From Schizochytrium sp. TIO01 (Eukaryota > Protista > Bigyra: Labyrinthulomycetes): a stretch of 64,000 nucleotides of DNA. The notes under the pieces were generated by a model. The model had not been told where the DNA came from. It was given only the letters and a program-made list of their open reading frames with translations, and ran no database searches. The DNA is taken from contig SMSO01000032.1 of NCBI GenBank assembly GCA_004764695.1, forward strand, positions 5,860,483 through 5,924,482, in the 5' to 3' direction. Below are positions 61,182 to 64,000 of the stretch, one piece after another (the first letter of the stretch is position 1; every line of letters begins with the position of its first letter). A program made the translations under genes and the position numbers.

Positions 61182-62351
61182 ATGGAGAGACTAATTCGTG
61201 CGATCCTAGAGAATAAGATTCCTTCGGGTAAAACTATCCCACAGCACTCACGAGAACAGCTTTTAAAGTATGTGCGATCGAAACATGGAGTAGGTGAGCC
61301 CGAGAAGAAGACAATTATTTCATTTCTCTTGCAGGAATACATGGTAAGCACGGTGAAATCAATTGTCTCTATTGGGATCAAGACTCACCGTGGACTCTTG
61401 ACTCGTTTCGATAAACTATGCCTTGAATGTATCATTGCGTTCGAAAGCGATCAAATCGTGCCTTTATATTTCCGCCCCCAAGTCAGCTTTTTTATGGAAA
61501 CTTTGCACCGTGTCTATACTGGTTCTGGTAGTTCATATTTGGTCAATGTTCTTGAGTATCAACCATTTCATGAACTGTCAAAGAAGCCTGAAATCTTGGA
61601 AGAAATTTTACGCAATTACCCGAGTAAGTCCATTCTTCGTCTTACGGGTGCAGGGGCGTATTTAAAAAATGTCATCCTCCACGAAGGGTCTCCTGCAAGA
61701 ATTGAGCGAATGGTAGAATATATTCTCATGGAATCATCTAACTTACACTCTAACTTGAAAGGTATCTGGGTCCTTAGTTTGCTAAACCGCCGGGGCGACT
61801 TCAAGTTCTCAGATAAGTACCTAAGGTCAGTGATACGTGACAATACTAAATCTATTATTTTGAAAGAGTTGGATTACTATTGTCAAAGTCAACTTTTCGA
61901 TGTTGATTTTGGCGCAGCCTTGGTTGTACATTGGTGGAAGCAGGTTGCTTACACTGAGAATAGGGATCGCAGGCAGGATTTGATTCGCAAAATAGACTCC
62001 GTTCTTTGTGTCAAAGCTATGCACGACCAAAGGAACACACTGAGTTTAGAGCATTACAGCGGTGGTGTGGTGGATAAAGTTGTTTTTGATGACTGCTTTA
62101 AGCAATACATGTCAAGATGGAGAACTAAGCGCGTACTCATGGCCAAAAAGATGAAAGATGAAAATAATCATCATAGAAGCATGGAAGACATCGTGACACA
62201 GATGTCCGTTGAACACCCACGCTGGTTTTTCACTGGTGTTCAAGACGCTTATCATGTTCCAGATGTTCGACAGGAAATCTTTTATCTTGTGAGTAACTTT
62301 GAAGGTATGAGCAAAGTAACAGACCCAAAAGACATGGTACGTGTCATTTAG
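61182..62351 (+). CDS. Hypothetical helical protein
   Basis: 389-aa ATG ORF. Confidence 0.75.
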   Translation: MERLIRAILENKIPSGKTIPQHSREQLLKYVRSKHGVGEPEKKTIISFLLQEYMVSTVKSIVSIGIKTHRGLLTRFDKLCLECIIAFESDQIVPLYFRPQVSFFMETLHRVYTGSGSSYLVNVLEYQPFHELSKKPEILEEILRNYPSKSILRLTGAGAYLKNVILHEGSPARIERMVEYILMESSNLHSNLKGIWVLSLLNRRGDFKFSDKYLRSVIRDNTKSIILKELDYYCQSQLFDVDFGAALVVHWWKQVAYTENRDRRQDLIRKIDSVLCVKAMHDQRNTLSLEHYSGGVVDKVVFDDCFKQYMSRWRTKRVLMAKKMKDENNHHRSMEDIVTQMSVEHPRWFFTGVQDAYHVPDVRQEIFYLVSNFEGMSKVTDPKDMVRVI

Positions 62352-62378
62352 ATTGAACTATAATAAATAGAATTGTAA

Positions 62379-62969
62379 TTAGTCTAAGCTTCGATCCGGT
62401 AGTTTCATCATCAAGTCTCTTGGCAATTTCAAACCAAGACACACCCACGAAACATCAAAACTTGCTGCATAGTTACCTCGCCTTGTGGGTCGAGCGTATG
62501 GATCAACTGCGGGTCCGTGGGTGAGTGGGTCTAAAAAACGACACCTCTTACAATGAGCAATGATTTGTGGTTCAAGTGAGTACTTTTCTACTAGTTCATA
62601 AAAATAGCTTGTATAAATTGTTGCTGCGGGAAGAAGAATTGCAAACCGCCGAATTCCCAGCTTCTCAATAATGTGACGTATAACATCATGCTTTCGACTG
62701 AAAGGCGGATTGGTAACTAAAACGAGAGATTTTCCCGGTGGACAATAAGGTACTGTGCTTTTGAAAAAATCTTCTGTGCCTACATTATGAACAACGTGGA
62801 AACCGAAGGATTCCATCACTTGAGTACTAAAATTCGATCCTGGAAATGGCTCCCAGAGTACATCTCGTGAAGGGTCAAGGTGCTCCAGTGCCATCTTGAG
62901 GGCGGAGGGTGGTGTTTCATAGAGATCATTCTTAGATCGGTTTTGAATATCGCTTGTATACAATGACAT
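62379..62969 (-). CDS. Small N6-adenine DNA methyltransferase-like protein
   Basis: DLYETP, motif-I-like WEPFPGS, motif IV VTNPPFS; ATG at 62969. Confidence 0.8.
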   Translation of the reverse strand: MSLYTSDIQNRSKNDLYETPPSALKMALEHLDPSRDVLWEPFPGSNFSTQVMESFGFHVVHNVGTEDFFKSTVPYCPPGKSLVLVTNPPFSRKHDVIRHIIEKLGIRRFAILLPAATIYTSYFYELVEKYSLEPQIIAHCKRCRFLDPLTHGPAVDPYARPTRRGNYAASFDVSWVCLGLKLPRDLMMKLPDRSLD

Positions 62970-63039
62970 TATAATAGTAAAAAAATAATTCTTTATGTTT
63001 TTAACCAACAACAATCATGTATTAGTTTATTGAGCTGAG

Positions 63040-63696
63040 TTATTCGCTGATCATACTACAATAGATCTTAGCAAATCGTTCACGCGATTGTACATCGGGA
63101 AATATGTTCATCCAATCGCTACAAATATAGTGTGACATGAATTGTCTTAGATATTCATAGAGAAAGGCCATAACAACCTTGACACACCAGATTGCCTGAT
63201 AAGAATTGCCTTTCAATCTAGGAAGAATGACATTCACAAATGCGGCATTGAAGTACATACGTTGATGATCAGCCGATGCGTACATCGAGGCGAAATTCAT
63301 CTTGAGAGATGCAAGTGTGCAGCTTCTAGCAAATCTCTGCAAGAGAACGTTGGAATTGATAAAGTACCCAGTCAGGTTCTCGTTGAGTGCAGTAAACTTT
63401 TCAACATAACGTTGGAAACGAAACTTAGGATCACCAAAGTTTTTAAAAGCATGTACTACCTCATCAAAAGAGTTGAGTTGGAAAAGGGGTGGGCTGGTCG
63501 CTTGCTCGAGCTCCCCTACCGTCAAGCCATACGCTGTTATTGAATCGTCACTGAGATTTTCGTTCAAATCAAGAGCATGCTCACCAGTCTCGAAAATGGG
63601 ATCGAGCTCGTAATCAGGCATTTTGGTAAGGAATTGTTTCAAATGTTCCACCTTGCTGTTATCTTTAGTATAATCACGAGTACTATGAGTGGACAT
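63040..63696 (-). CDS. Hypothetical protein downstream of repeat array B (ATG at 63696 preferred)
   Basis: ORF extension to 63858 runs through CAAAACC-type repeats and into array B, so it is probably non-coding leader. Confidence 0.7.
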   Translation of the reverse strand: MSTHSTRDYTKDNSKVEHLKQFLTKMPDYELDPIFETGEHALDLNENLSDDSITAYGLTVGELEQATSPPLFQLNSFDEVVHAFKNFGDPKFRFQRYVEKFTALNENLTGYFINSNVLLQRFARSCTLASLKMNFASMYASADHQRMYFNAAFVNVILPRLKGNSYQAIWCVKVVMAFLYEYLRQFMSHYICSDWMNIFPDVQSRERFAKIYCSMISE

Positions 63697-63814
63697 GGTG
63701 GACAAACAGACACAAAGGGTGCTTTGGTGCTTTGGTGTTTCGGTTTTGATGTTTCGGTTTTGATGTTTGGTTTTGCTCGCGCATCCTACGTTAGTGCAAT
63801 AGGTATATGTCTGT

Positions 63815-64000
63815 GAAGTCAAGGAGAGTTGACTACTCATGTTCTTGGAAGCCATCAAAGCAACGTTCCGAGGAGTTCTAGAGCAGATAGTTTAGATCTT
63901 CGCGAAGTCACTATGAATTGACTACTCATGTTCTTGGAAGCCACCAAAGGAACATTCCGAGAAGTTCTAGAGCAGATAGTTTAGATCTTCGCGAAGTCAA
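63815..64000. repeat. Intergenic tandem array B: 89-bp unit, at least 2 copies, cut by the window end
   Basis: ttgactactcatgttcttggaagcca.caaag.aac.ttccgag.agttctagagcagatagtttagatcttcgcgaagtca starting at 63829 and 63918. Confidence 0.93.

Overview
A gene-dense, apparently mostly intron-free 64-kb segment of a large eukaryotic dsDNA virus, either Mirusviricota or Nucleocytoviricota. No capsid, terminase or packaging-ATPase gene is recognisable, so the realm cannot be fixed from this window. The informational set (delta-like PolB, split RPB1, TBP, A22-like Holliday junction resolvase, topoisomerase IIA) fits a mirusvirus-like genome, and the many P-T-x-x linker surface proteins hint at a protist, possibly stramenopile, host (inference). 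Replication and nucleotide genes are thymidylate synthase, both RNR subunits, PolB, topo II, a LAGLIDADG-like/dUTPase fusion, a RecB-like nuclease, the resolvase, a HIT hydrolase and an N6A methyltransferase. Transcription genes are the RPB1 N-terminal half (variant NGDCDGD motif) and TBP. Accessory genes include large Cys-rich/PAN-like membrane glycoproteins, an astacin protease, an ankyrin protein, a Ser/Thr kinase, a Crinkler-like REase-kinase and a tandem HNH-like endonuclease. The most notable unannotated structure: (1) a 13-bp motif, GCAAA(A/C)CCNNAAC, just 5' of nearly every replication gene; (2) two tandem arrays (54-bp and 89-bp units) and the PolB upstream region sharing an ordered TTGACTA / TGTTC / GGAACATTC module rich in heat-shock-element-like nGAAn repeats, a candidate stress-responsive switch; (3) a ~320-bp, ~93% identical inverted repeat with 4x9-bp iteron-like units flanking an 8.7-kb gene block; (4) an orphan protein with WASP/Arp2/3-activator-like architecture. 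All assignments come from motif recognition by eye; no searches were run.
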